Source: Octopus sinensis
Taxonomy: Eukaryota
Reading direction: 5' to 3'
Length of the DNA stretch: 64,000 nt
Assembly: GCF_006345805.1 (NCBI RefSeq)
Contig: NC_043006.1
Span: 78,244,001-78,308,000 of the forward strand
The notes under the pieces were generated by a model. It did no database searches and was not told the DNA's origin. It worked only from the letters and a program-made list of their open reading frames with translations. The first letter of the stretch is position 1; every line of letters begins with the position of its first letter. Shown here in pieces: positions 12,921-27,030 of the stretch. The position numbers were made by a program, and so were the translations under genes.

Positions 12921-13137
12921 TACGAGGGGCTGCTGAAATGTTCCTGGTTTTAATCGTATCGAGAAAGCCAGGAGTTTGAGGCCCAAACTTCCGAGTTCTT
13001 TTACAGAGGGTAGAAAACTGAAGGGCAGCTGCAATAAGTGTGTAAATCTGAGATGAGAATACGTTCAATAAAATCATAATCAACTGATCCTCCTGTATAT
13101 TGTTTTACCGAAACCAAAAACTTTTCAGTAGCCCTTC
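12921..13137 (+). mobile_element. mariner-derived MITE
   Basis: TIRs tacgaggggctgctgaaa / ttttcagtagccctt; the interior keeps a decayed transposase C-terminus (..CNKCVNLR.EYVQ*). Confidence 0.7.
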
Positions 13138-13139
13138 CA

Positions 13140-13227
13140 TTATATATCTATATCTATATCTATCTATCTATCTATCTGTCTATCTATCTATCTATCTATC
13201 TATCTATTCTATCTATCTATCTATCTA

Positions 13228-13290
<63 letters not shown>
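13140..13290. repeat. (TCTA)n-(TA)n microsatellite
   Basis: Directly visible. Confidence 0.95.
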
Positions 13291-13293
<3 letters not shown>

Positions 13294-13785
13294 AATTAAG
13301 GACTGAACACGAAAAGTGGACAGTCAACATGCTAGATATAGACGTCAAATCGCCATTCACCACAAAAGATTATGTTCTCAGATCAAACTCAACACAAAAC
13401 CATAGCAATAAACAAGTGAAAAATATACGAAATAAAATAATTACCCATGTACTAAATTAGTTTCAGCTGTTATTTTCCGCAAGGAAAACTGCAGCCAGCA
13501 TCAGCATGGTTCGTTATAAATGTAATTTGCTGGACTAGATGCAAACACGATACCAAAATATCGCGTGCATGGAGTTCAGCCTATTACATTTGAATATATC
13601 TTTCAAATGCCTTTACTTTGGCGCGTTGGAACCCGAGAAAACTAGACTGCAGCTAATAATTAGCAGCAGTTAATTTATCGGTTAGAGAACATATTTATTT
13701 ATATAAAATTAATTAAGGGTAGAAATTGATATTTATCAATTAAGACCAGTGGTCTAGCATATATATATATATATATATATCTTTT

Positions 13786-14168
13786 ACTTGTTTCAGTCAT
13801 CTAACTGCGACCATGCTGGAGCACCACCTTTAGTCGAGCAAATCGAACCCAGGACTTATTCATTGTAAGCCTAGTACTCATTCTATCGGGATCCTTTTAC
13901 CGAACCGCTAAGTTACGGAGACATAAACACATCAGCATCGGTTGTCAAGCGATGTTGGGGGGACAAACACAGACACGCAGATATATACACAAACATACAT
14001 ATATACGACGGACTTCTTTCAGTTTCCGTCTACCAAATCCACTCACAAGGCTTTGGTCGGCTCGAGGCTATAGTAGAAGGCATTTGCCCAAGGTGCCACG
14101 CAGCGGGACTGAACCCGGAACTATGTGGCTCGTAACCAAGCAACTTACCACACAGCCACTCCTACGCC
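13786..14168 (-). mobile_element. SINE family A, full length
   Basis: tRNA-like head (ggctgtgtggt..gggttcagtccc), body, internal microsatellite, and 3' tail ggtgctccagcatggtcgcagttagatgactgaaacaag. Confidence 0.85.
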
Positions 14169-14174
14169 TATATG

Positions 14175-14254
<80 letters not shown>

Positions 14255-14336
14255 GTGCATACATATATTTATACATATATATATATACATATACATACAT
14301 ACATAGATACACACACATACACACACATATATATAT

Positions 14337-14720
14337 ATAGGTGCTGGTGTGACTGTGTGGTAAGAAAAGTGGTTCCAAAGCACATGGTCCTGGGTTTAAT
14401 CGCACTCTGTAGTAACTTGGCATGTATCCTCTGCTATAGCCTCAGACCAACCAAAGCCTGTGAGTGGATTTCGTGGACAGTAACTGAAAGAAATCAATCT
14501 TATCTATATATATATATGTATATATGTCAGTGTATGTATTTGTCATTGTATCTGTGTTTCACCCTCATCACTGCTTGACAACTTCTATTGGTATATTTAC
14601 ATCTCCATAACTTACTGGTTCGACAAGAGGAGACTGATAGAATAAGTATCAGGCTAGTGAAAATAATAAAAAAAACACTGGGGTCGATTCAATCGACAAA
14701 AATTCTTCAAGGCAGTTCTC
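14337..14720 (+). mobile_element. SINE family A, diverged copy
   Basis: Homologous to other family A copies, opposite orientation. Confidence 0.7.
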
Positions 14721-14765
14721 ATATTTTTGCTTTCCCACTCAATTTTATCTATCAATCTATCTTTC

Positions 14766-14822
<57 letters not shown>

Positions 14823-14864
14823 CACGCACGTACATATATACATGTATGTATATGTGCATATATA

Positions 14865-16607
14865 TCTATTATATAAAAGTCAATGTCTTTATGTGTGTTT
14901 GTGTGTTATTTGTAGACTCCAAAATCTTCCGCACCGATCCTAATGAAATTTGGAACATAAAATCCAAGCCTAAGTAGAAAGGTAATGCTGTATGTTTCAT
15001 ACAACTTCATGGGTCAGAAATACTGAATGGACCCTTGTGATATTTGGAACTTAGATTCAATGCATAAGGGCGGGTATAATGCAGAATGTTTGGTTTGAAT
15101 TTAAGGTGGCTTAAAATTTATTCTGTCCAACGTAGTACTCGTCACTTGTATGGTGAGGAATATTACATTGGGGAGTGGTAACGACTAGGGTAGGGTAGCT
15201 GACTGCTTATTGCGATCATTCGTCTTTTGGTTTCCTGTAGCTTTGCTCTCTTTTACAAATTTTCGATGTTGATGAAATTTCGAACATAGGCAATTGACAC
15301 ACATCAAGAAGTATTCCCAAAATTTCCGCGCTTCTCATAAGAGTTCTAAGAACCCTTAATGGAGGCCTTAACTCCCAAATTTTAGTTGTTTTTTATGATC
15401 CAAATCTTGGTCAAAATTACTGATTGTGTCTTTAGGAAATTTGGAAATTATATTCTATAGATAAGAACAATTGTAATGCAGTATATGTTTGAAAGTGAGG
15501 GGGCATAAATGAGGACATGACCCTCATGGAAATTTACATATTTTTGCTGTTGATGAAATCTTAACCATAGATATTAGACACAAATAAAGTAATATTCCTA
15601 AAATTTCAACTTTTTATGAGTTAATAAGTCCCTTTAATGGGCGCTTAACCCCCCATCCCCACCCCCACACGCACACAATTTAGTAATTTTTCCTAAGCCA
15701 AGACGAAAACAGTTTTAGTCTTGGAAGCTGTAGAGTCACCCATGCATAAAAGATGAGCATCATTTGTAATTCAATGGTACAAAAATGTAAGAGTTTGCTT
15801 TGAGATATACTTAGATTGTGAATTCTGCAATGTGGTGCATAAATTGTCAAGTAAAGGAGAGGCATCTTTGCCTCCACTGATTCAGTTTCAAACTGTTATT
15901 TTGAGTAAAGTTATTTGCTTGCAGATCTCCTTGGAGTCTTTTTATTATCACTGAGTCAAAGATAGTCAACATATGGTAACATTGATTTCAAGGCCTTCCC
16001 CAAAAAGTGATTGGTCATTGAAAGAGATTTATAGATTGCAAATTTATTCTGTCCAACGTAGTACTCGTCACTTGTATGGTGAGGAATATTACATTGGGGA
16101 GTGGTAACGACTAGGGTAGGGTAGCTGACTGCTTATTGCGATCATTCGTCTTTTGGTTTCCTGTAGCGTTGCTCTCTTTTACAAACCCAGTGAATATTCA
16201 TATATTTCCGATTTCAAAGAAATTTAAACAATAGTTATCAGACCCATGTTATAAAAGATTCCCAACAATTCAACTTCTTTGGTTAACTTTAGGACCTCAG
16301 CCCATAGGGGTCTTAACTCGCACATTTTATGGCTCCATGGGCTCCATTTTTCACGAGCAAAAACCTTTGAATAAGTTTCATAAGATCTGGATTTGGGAAT
16401 CTGGGCATAAAGATGAGTAGTACGGGATAAATATGTCATGATTAGAATTTTTGTTAGGGTGTGTAAAGAGGGAAAGAACTCTCATTAAAATTATTAATCT
16501 GCAATTTTGATGAAATTCAAATATTCCATTTCGTTACAGAAAATATGAAAGAAAAGTCTAATTTTTCAATTCCATGTGACACGGCCAAAGGCAGGTATCC
16601 CTGCTAG
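14865..16607 (+). mobile_element. Non-autonomous Helitron
   Basis: 5' A|TCTATTATATAAAA and 3' hairpin gcaggtatccctgc then CTAG|T; inserted at an AT dinucleotide with no TSD; internal repeated modules. Confidence 0.75.
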
Positions 16608-16666
16608 TATACACACACACACACACACACACACATTTTTTTTTCTAGTTTCAGCTCAGAGCTGCG

Positions 16667-16706
<40 letters not shown>

Positions 16707-16708
<2 letters not shown>

Positions 16709-17077
16709 TGAATTGAAGAAATGGAGCTGAACGAAGATTGAACAGAAATCGTTTTATTTCATTCTACACGTGTTTCGAAAGGCACAATTTACCAAAATCC
16801 GATTGAATAATGAGACCATATTGTGTCTTTCTCTTCAGGAAGAAATAGGAAATCCGTTGGAAAAAACAAAAACAGAACAGAGGCGATTTGTTTTGCTCCG
16901 CCTCTGTTCTGTTTTTGTTTTTTCCAACGGATTTCCTATTTCTTCCTGAAGAGAAAGACACAATATGGTCTCATTATTCAATCGGATTTTGGTAAATTGT
17001 GCCTTTCGAAACACGTGTAGAATGAAATAAAACGATTTCTGTTCAATCTTCGTTCAGCTCCATTTCTTCAATTCACC
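16707..17077. repeat. Perfect inverted repeat: 179-bp arms, 13-nt spacer (Penelope-type inverted terminus)
   Basis: 16707-16885 is the exact reverse complement of 16899-17077; the ORF track gives the same peptide on both strands except at the spacer. Confidence 0.95.
16937..17029 (+). ncRNA. Type I hammerhead ribozyme, canonical core, palindromic helix III (mirror copy on the minus strand)
   Basis: tatttcttc-CTGAAGA-gaaagacacaat..attgtgcctttc-GAAA-CACGTG-TA-gaatgaaata. Helix II has 11/12 bp; predicted cleavage after 17019 (GUA). Confidence 0.75.
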
Positions 17078-17246
17078 AATAATATTTTAATTTCAATTAT
17101 CCGCACCAACGCACGGTTGCAACACCATATGGTTGTACCTCCAACCGTACTGTCTTCTGCTGTGATTTTTGCTACCAAGGTATCGGTTAAACTTTTGATT
17201 AATTTTTGATTAATCTGCTACAAGATTATTCATCTTTCTATTTCAC

Positions 17247-17313
<67 letters not shown>

Positions 17314-17331
17314 ATATGTATATAGAATGTT

Positions 17332-17369
<38 letters not shown>

Positions 17370-17689
17370 TAGAAGTTATGTGTACAAGTAGATGCACGAC
17401 TGCTGCTGTTATGCTTTGAGCTTCCTGTTTGATTTTCATAAACCATCCTGTTTTCTGTATAGTTGTTAATTAACTACTGTACACAACCGTATTACTAGTT
17501 AGGACCAAGGCAGTAAATCTAAGGAAAATAAGGGCAGGTACATATTCATATTAAAGTTCCTACGTGCATTTCATTATCGTAGTTTTTTAGAGCCTACTGG
17601 TGGACATCCCATCGCAAAGTTCCGAACAATCATAGCGGCGAAATATGCGTAGGAACTTTAATATAAACTTGTGTTTATCTATCTTTCCT

Positions 17690-18085
<396 letters not shown>

Positions 18086-18220
18086 AAAAAATGCAAACTG
18101 GGACAAGAACGTGAAACATTTAAGAGACGATACAAAAAACACGGACGGGACATTCGAAGCCTTCAATCTTCAGTCAAGAACCGGATCATCTTCGCAATTT
18201 CGGCTGATTAATCTTGAGAT

Positions 18221-18264
<44 letters not shown>

Positions 18265-18487
18265 CCGGAGTAAGAACATAAATGCGAAACAAGGTGGAAA
18301 AAATAGCACTCTAGCACCAGAGGTAGAGTAATATGGTTTATTAAAAAGAAGCAGAAATATCACAAAAACTGTTACTCAAAATTGCCTGTCGAAAGCGAAC
18401 GTGAAACTCTGAGTAACAGTTTTTGTGATATTTTGATATTTCTGCTACTATTTAAATGAAGTATATATATATATAGAGAGAGAGTAG

Positions 18488-18714
18488 ATGAAATTAAGGA
18501 GACTGAAGAAGGGGAAGTTTCCTTGTTTTGTATGTCAATTACTCTATTTTTTCGTTGTTTTAAAAAAATGTACATTTCCTTCGTTTTGTGTTTATATTTT
18601 CGTTTCTCATTGTGTTCGATGTTTTTTTGGTGTCCTGTACCCATATATGCATGTATATATACATGTAGAGGTAGGTACGTACATATATGTACGTATATAT
18701 GCATATGTTTTATT

Positions 18715-18720
<6 letters not shown>
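18488..18720 (+). mobile_element. Unclassified interspersed repeat; second copy at about 48560-48775 (minus)
   Basis: The two copies align (MRRLKK..LYSMF..KKC..FSFLIVFD-type pseudo-ORFs in both). Confidence 0.7.
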
Positions 18721-18797
<77 letters not shown>

Positions 18798-19517
18798 TAT
18801 TTATTATTATATATATATATATATGCGTGTGTGTTTTTGTGCGTGTATGTGTGTGTGTGTATCAACCAAATCTACCCACAAAGCTTTGGCCAGCCCAAAG
18901 CGATAGTGGAAGATATATGTGCCATATGTCACGCAGTGGAACTGAACCCGGAAGCATGTGGTTGAGAAGCAAGCTTCTTAATACACAGCCACGCATCTGT
19001 ACATGTGTGTATGCGTGTGTGCGTGCGCGCGCGCGCGCGTGTGTGTGTGGGTTCAGTTTTGTAGCTCTTTTCTTGGTTTGCCTAGGCTTGGTTTTACGCC
19101 TCTCGTCCCATAAAATTTCGTGTCGTGGTTCTACATATAAAAAGATAAATGTTAATCACAGTTTGAATGCCTTTGATGAACCGTCTCTATTCACGAGAAG
19201 CCAAATAACAAAGACAAGCCCACAATGACTAAAAGTAAATTTGACATCGGTGGAATTTTGAGATTAGGTTGTTAGGGACTACAACATAACAATTGCTTCT
19301 AACATAAGTACAAACCCTAAAATTTTGAGAAGGGCGTTGGTCGTTTAAATCGGCAAGCACTTGGTTGTTAGTTTATACTATTGTCTTAAGTGGATAAAAA
19401 GCATTATTAATTTTGACGAGATTTGAACTCAAAAGTGTAAAGATTCGACAGAAACCCTACAAGGTATTTTATAGACACTCCTACAATTTACTCTGTCCAG
19501 CACTTTGCTTTATCCTA

Positions 19518-19587
19518 AATAATAGTAAATATTATGGTGAATAATAGTAAATGTTATGGTGAATAATAGTAAATGTTATGGTGAATA
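19518..19587. repeat. 22-bp tandem repeat x3
   Basis: Unit aataatagtaaatgttatggtg. Confidence 0.9.
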
Positions 19588-22375
19588 GGAAAATGAAATA
19601 GGTTGTGCTTGCTGGAGTCGTTACGCATGAAATGATTTAACCCAGGCTGAGTGGTATCCAACTTTATCAATCTGTTCGTTTACATTCAGTCTGTTCATTT
19701 CTCAGTTCGGTAGGTTAAAACTGGTTGCTAATTTTGTTGATTAGTTAACATGATGTGAATAGAAAATAGGATTATAGATTTATAATAAAAGTCTCATTTC
19801 CTCTACTAGTTTAATCACGAAGTGGTGTTAGCCAGTTGGTTAGTCACCCGTGATGAGTATTAGATCGATAGACCACACCCCCTACTTGAAACTGAGAATA
19901 TTATCCTACATTATAGAAGGCGATATGTTAGTCACCTGCTTTTGTATTTATTTAGCGCCAGGCAACACTTTTCGACAAGACTTGTGTTCAAACGCATTCC
20001 AACAGTGACTAACACGTCATAGTAATAGTATTTCGGAGTACGTTATTAACATGTAGTAAACAAATTTATCTTTTTTTAAAGTGAGTGCAATGTTGTTTGA
20101 GGAAGAAATGGTTGAAATTTCTGAAAAAGTGAGCAAATCCAAAGGAGTTTTATTGACTTAACATATTGTTTTTTTTTTCATTTTGTTTGTTGCGTTATAG
20201 TATTAATTCAAATGGTTGCTATAGCTTGCAGATCGATCTTTTGAGTTAATTTCGTGTGATTTCATCCATGTCCATTCAGGTCGATAAGATATGTACAACA
20301 ATCGCCATGGTCTCGACTTAGTTGACTGTAACCATTTATACAAATTTATCCTTGTGTCTGTATATTCCAATAACATCTCCATGATCAACTTATGAAACCA
20401 GTACATAATTATCAAGCTTACCTATTGATGTATTCTGTTGTGTTTATCACAAAATAGTGTATTTTAAACCTTAAGAATTTAATTGCTCATGTTTCTCTTA
20501 GCCAGCATGATTAAATAACAATGTTCTCTAAAAATAAAATAACAAATTTCTGTCCGTGTAAGTTGATATTGTTGTTAACCTCAATACAGGTATGACCAAG
20601 TATGATAACAGACATTCTAGCTATGACCATCCTCCATTTTTAGTACCTTGAAATTTAATCTAGGACTGCATTATTCAATATGTCCTCCATATCTTTACAT
20701 CAGTAAAGTGTGCTATGAGGAATATTAGGCTGCTTTTGCTTGCCAAATAAGCGAGCACAAAGAGAATTCTTCATTGGCTAGAGACTGTAACTGTTGGAGA
20801 AGTGGGCAATGATCGTCTTCTTTTCATTCGATTGTCCACATAATCTAGATGAAATTGTATACATGTTAATCGTTAACAGGAAAGAAACTACAACGAAAGT
20901 GTGACGTGTCTATAAGTACGATTTTAAAGGTGTAAGTTTCCATGAAACTAGTGCGGTTGATAAGATAATGCAGTAATCTGTTCTTAATCACTTAGGAAAG
21001 ATATAGTAATTGTTGTAGTCGTAGTAAAATAGGTAATAAAAGTTACATAAAGTGCATGCGCTTATATATCGCCTTGTTAACCAGTCATCCCTTTTTGATT
21101 CGTCCTAAATTGAAGATCCCCATCTTATATAACTTGATATAATGCCCAAAGAAGACAGCCATAATATAATCTTTTAACTTTTGAAATATTTGTACAATGT
21201 GATGTACAATGTTCGCTGGTATATATTATACAACGAAACGTAAGCATAAGAGCGGCGTCATCACGAAGGATTATAACTTTTCTTTAATAGACCTCGATAG
21301 AAAGCCGAGGAAATCATTGTTTTTTGTTCTTGTCACTCTCATCTCATAATCATGACTACTCAGAATAGCTGACATCCAAGCACATTTTACTGCTAAAGTA
21401 TATTCAACTGATTAAGCTGGTACTTATTGCAGCAACATCCAATAAGATAAAAAGTCCATGTTGAATCTAGTTTAAGTTAAATTCAAACTACTGAACGACA
21501 TGACAAGTATTGCGCAGCATTTAGAGTGTACTTTCTGATCAATGCCGGTCACTGAATTTCTCCCTCACAGACATATATCACAGAATATAGAATTGCGAGG
21601 GACCGGTTTTAGTTGTGTAGGATCAATGACTAACCATAAATAATGTTCAATCATTTAGGACAGGCGCGTCCTAGATGATTGCGTCTTTTTAGCAAAAAAA
21701 TGAATGTTCGGGAGAATATCAAAGTACAGAGACCGTAACATTTAAATAAGCTGGTGTTGGGATATGAAAGTTAAAACAGATCCAATGGTAGTAATTCGAG
21801 CTTTGGATATGATATGAATATAAAATAACATGAAAAAGAAAACATTGAATCATACAACCCACAACTCTGTACACCGCTTGAAAATAGCCCAGCTAAACAA
21901 GCACACCCCACGTCTTACGTCAGACACATTCAATTCAATAGCATAACTCACATATACTCTGCATTACACGCATGACCTGTGCTCAATAACATAATCGCCC
22001 AATAAAATTCGTAATGCAACACATACATTAGCCGTATTTCCACTCAAAACTAAATCGTGACTTTAACAATACATACTCAATAATATTACTCAGCACAGTT
22101 TTTCATAGTCGATACCCGATATTGTGGAAATTCCCATATAGAACATTCAAACACTCGCAGGACGTCAACACACATTCTTTATATATTGTACAACCCCAAA
22201 CTCCAAACACCAGAATCAAACAAATAAACTCTACAGCATAAAGTAGCTTAGAAACACAATTTCACGCCCTAGATAGACAGTGCAGCATACTCTGCAGGAA
22301 CACGGTAAGTTACTTGGTGTTGTAAATAGTAACTTGCATCATCTCGGTTGGATGATGATCACGATCATGATCATA

Positions 22376-22785
22376 ACTCTTTACTCTCTTTTACTCTTTT
22401 ACGTGTTTCAGTTATTTGACTGCGGCCATGCTGGAGCACCGCCTTTAGTCGAGCAAATCGACCCCGGGACTTATTCTTTGTAAGCCCAGTACTTATTCTA
22501 TCGGCCTCTTTTGCCGAACCGCTAAGTGACGGGGACGTAAACACACCAGCATCGGTTGTCAAGCAATGCTAGGGGGACACACAAACACACACACACATAC
22601 ATATATATATATACATATATACGACAGGCTTCTTTCAGTTTCCGTCTACCAAATCCACTCACAAGGCATTGGTCGGCCCGGGGCTATAGCAGAAGACATT
22701 TGCCCAAGATGCCACGCAGTGGGACTGAACCCGGGACCATGTGGTTGGTTAGCAAGCTACTTACCACACAGACACTCCTGCGTCT
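22376..22785 (-). mobile_element. SINE family A, full length
   Basis: High similarity to 13786-14168 and 60408-60810. Confidence 0.9.
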
Positions 22786-22975
22786 ATCATGATCATTATT
22801 GTTATTGTTTAACTCAGCAAATGTGCTGAAGAATGTGTCTGTTGTTCACAACCAGTGAACTAAGGTAACACTCTTCATTCAGATCCCTAGAACTCTGTGG
22901 AATATTCGTATTATATCATAAGCATGATGATTATCATTATTATCTTTACCGTATTTGCTGATGTTGTTGTTTCTA

Positions 22976-23923
22976 ATGAAAACTTGACTATCATCTTAAT
23001 ATTCTCTTTATTCGAAAACAGAATAGCATGAACGACAGTGTGCTTTTTTCACAATCTCTCTATATTTTATACAATTACTTTTTGTTTTTGGATATGATAT
23101 GAATACAAAATAACATGATATTTTATTGATATTTTAGTGTGATGGGGTTTAGTCGATGAAATTAATGCCAGTATTGTCTGATACTACATGTTATAGGGCT
23201 TGAAAGGATATAAGACAAAGATGGTCTCTACAACAATTAACTGTAGACTACTGTATAGGATCTTACATTATGTTATGTGACAAAATAACTGCAGTTTCCA
23301 CATAATAGTATTGAGTAGCTATAATATTGTGCAGAAGTGAGCTAAAAGGAAAAACTGGCTGGTCGATTACAAAGATATATGAATTTTAAGGAATATGTTT
23401 ATCATCTAATCTGTAATCTTTACATCAGTTGTGATACAAGACAATTTGTGTAAAAACAATCAAGGATTCATTTACAAGTGTTAGACGGAGATATATTACT
23501 GAGAATTTACAATAGTAGGATCTAATTATTACAGGAGCATTCTTGTCGGTCATTTGTTGAAAATGGGCATTTCCTTTGACTTGACCTTGCACATTTCTGT
23601 TAACTTGGATCACTTTTATGCACATTTTTGAAGACGCTCCAGTTCTTGTTTCAAGAAAGGAAACTCATGTATTTTTCAAACCATGAATGATAAAGATGGT
23701 GATAATGATGATAGTATAATGAATCATTTTAACATTGGCACTTTCAAAGCTGAAACAGTAGACCAAAGACTTGCCAGCCGAAATTACCAAAAGCGGGTAT
23801 TTAGCCGAATACAAAAAGTAATTGTATAAAATATAGAGAGATTGTGAAAAAAGCACACTGTCGTTCTTGTTATTCTGTTTTAGAATAAAGAGAATATTAA
23901 GAAGATGATAGTCAAGTTTTCAT
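22976..23923. repeat. Inverted repeat with about 110-bp arms (22976-23085 / 23811-23923)
   Basis: atgaaaacttgactatcatc..ttactttttgt is the near reverse complement of acaaaaagtaa..gatgatagtcaagttttcat. Confidence 0.85.
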
Positions 23924-25306
23924 CTCCTAGAAATTAGGCCAAAATTATAGCATACTCTGTAAACAACGACGTATAAAATAGATTTGAAAAAAAAACCATG
24001 GAGATTGCATGAGTAAAAGTATTCTAGAATATAATACAAATAGGTAATTAAATTTAAATCGATTCGATATCATTCTCAGCAGGTGATAATACGTTACTGT
24101 AAGACTTTGGAATGAGAGGTAAGCATAGTGTGCAGTGAAGGCAATTATATCTCCTATAATTGGGAATAATACTAAAAGTTGCAAACAGTAATACAACAAG
24201 GTTTCCAGGACTAACAAATATACTGAACAAGCAGAAATTGATATTTCTAAATACTCCACACGTTACGTTAATTCAGTGTAAAAGAAGAACAAAGAAAACA
24301 CTGCACGTAGACAAGACGCACAGATAGATCGTTGAAGAAACGTTTGCAGTAAAAATGAATTGGTTACAGAAAAGTACAAAATGAAGACGTTCTGCCTCTG
24401 TCAGTTTCCGTGAACGAGAAATTAAGGCATCGAACCACGTATTATTATTGTCAAGGATTATCAAGAAAAGGGATCTGTCCTGATCAAGTCATCAATCCCG
24501 AAAGATATCGTTGATCTCTGAAAGTGATGGTGATTTGGTTTTTCAATTGGAGTCATGTTTTTTCTCGCTTATTTTGCTAATTATCCATAAGCCAGCGAAA
24601 AACACGGGGTATCACAATGCTAACTGTATTTCTACGCTTATTACCAGAAGTGACTTCATAGACAAATAAATGAGTTGAAGGCCCGTCAGTTCTTCACAGA
24701 TAGGCAATGATAACCAAATATGATTTGTTCGAATCAGAAACTCAGGAGTTATTTAAAGGTGTTGCAATGTCTCTCATATGATCTTGACTAAAGCAATTTT
24801 ATTGTTGAGAACCGTATTGCATTATGAACAGATAGCTTACGATCATGATCGTTTCGTCTCTTAGGCTGCGCTTGGGTGGGGCAGCAAGAACTGAATTGAC
24901 TTCACCAGCAGAAGGGCTCCATTTGTAGCCTTTTGTCAAAGGTAATCATATTAAACTAGTCCCAATTTGCATGATTAATTCTTTGAATTGTTTTCGTTCC
25001 AAGTCGACTTACTGCAAGAAATAACAATGTTATCTTGCTAGGAATCCTCAGCAACCTACTTCAACGAAGAATAAGGCTTTTATACGATATTTGGCAAGCG
25101 ACTCATCAATCAAGTCCTGTTTCTTACCTATCTTCGGTTGTTGCAAAATATCAGATCAAGAAAAGATATGCAAAGAAACTCAAAGTTTTCATGGTGTAGT
25201 ATAGTGTGAAGCATTGAAGCAATGGCGTTTGACACATCAAAATCTGCTCATTTTCAGTTATTCTTTAATCTCTCTAACTGGCAAAAACAAAGAAAGAGAG
25301 AGAGAG

Positions 25307-25340
<34 letters not shown>

Positions 25341-26074
25341 GTGTATGTGTGTGTGTGAAATTGAGTGAGCGAGATTGGCGTTCGTGTTGCATACTAATAG
25401 AATCATTTGAAACGAAGTTGTTGATGTGAACTCAAGGTGCCGACGTAAACAAGCATAAAAAATATTTTTCAAAACAAAATTATAATTACTTTCACACAGC
25501 AAAAAAACTTTCACTATATTATATGACATTTTTATGGGTAATTTGAAATTTATCATGTACTCACACTGGGTTTGAAAAGAAACTTTATTTACCGAAAAAA
25601 TTCATTTGCATTTAAATTCCGTAGTGCATAAACTACTCAAAAAGAAATGTGCAACAGTCTATAAAAATTATATTTTTGCCAGAATTTTATTACCTACTAT
25701 ATAAGGAATGAAAAGCAATATATCTGAGCATGTGTGCGCGCATGGTGTACACGTGAGTCTGTGTAAGTGTCAATGCATGTACCTCGGTGTCTCTTGAAAC
25801 ATCTGTCACTATTTCTCAATACAATCGTACCACATTTTGCTGAAAGACCTAAATACAACTCGGAATAACGCATGAACCGAAAGTGAATCCCCGTTTTACG
25901 GTCTGCATAAATGGGTCAAGGCAGGAGGTGTATAGAGTCTTGTGGTTGCAATGAAGCAATAGAGTAAGAGTGTTAGCGGCAAACATGTTAAACTGTATTA
26001 AGTCTCTCCTCAAATAATTCTTTGCTCATTTTCGCACACTTACATAAAAAAGAGTGGCAGCGAGAGAGAGAGGA

Positions 26075-26287
26075 GAAATATTCTCATATACCTTGTTTCA
26101 GTCATTTGCCTGCGACCATACTGGAGCACCGCCTTTCATCTAACAACTTGACCCCAAGGCTTATTCTTTGTAAGCTTAGTACTAATTCTAACGGTCTCTA
26201 TTTTGCTGAATCGCTAAGTTACGGGTACGTAAACACACCAGCATCAGTTGTCAAGCGATAGTTGGTTGGCGTGACAAACACAAATAC

Positions 26288-26347
<60 letters not shown>

Positions 26348-26490
26348 CGTGCTTCTTTCAGTTCTCATCTACCAAATCCACTCACAAGACTTTGGTCGGC
26401 CCGAAGCTACACTAGAAGACACTTGCCTAAGGTGATACGCAGTGGGACTGAACCCGGAACTATGTGGTTGGGAAGCAGGCTTCTTACCAC
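26075..26490 (-). mobile_element. SINE family A
   Basis: Same head, body and tail as other copies. Confidence 0.85.
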
Positions 26491-26946
26491 GCCCTCGGCG
26501 GAAAAAACAGAAGGCTCTCCTATCCGCGTGGGAGACGAAACCACATTCCTTCGTTAACGCGACTGTGTTACCTTCACAGCAGCGAATCAGCCTTCCTTTT
26601 CCTGTCAAATTTAAGAGCTATATGATTTCGTGTTTGCTTTTCTATATGTAAGTAAACTTCCTGTATGCTTTTGGTGCGAAAGGTATTTTATACGGAGCCG
26701 TTTTTTATAATCCTGTAAATCACAATAATGGTACTTTTTTTTATATATATAAGCTTACAGCTTCTGGCAATCGACGTGCAATGACTAAGGAAAATAGTCT
26801 AAAAAGGGACATACAAGCCCTCGACTGATAAAAGAAAGCTTTCCTATCCGCGCAGAAAGCCTTGTTTCTTCTGACGAGGGCTTATATGCACCATTATTAT
26901 TATCATGGTATAAAAAAAAAATTCGCTCTGATACATATATATATAT

Positions 26947-26981
<35 letters not shown>

Positions 26982-27030
26982 TATATACATAGTTCTATAT
27001 TTAAGAGATGAGGAAATATGTATATTATTT

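Noticed and set aside
16764-17020. Twin 65-aa ORFs on both strands
   Set aside because: A by-product of the perfect palindrome.
20203-20415. 70-aa minus-strand ORF in non-microsatellite DNA
   Set aside because: No recognisable motif or convincing splice signals.
26810-26895. CTGACGA-gggcttatatgc with a short inverted repeat
   Set aside because: Truncated before GAAA; at most a remnant.
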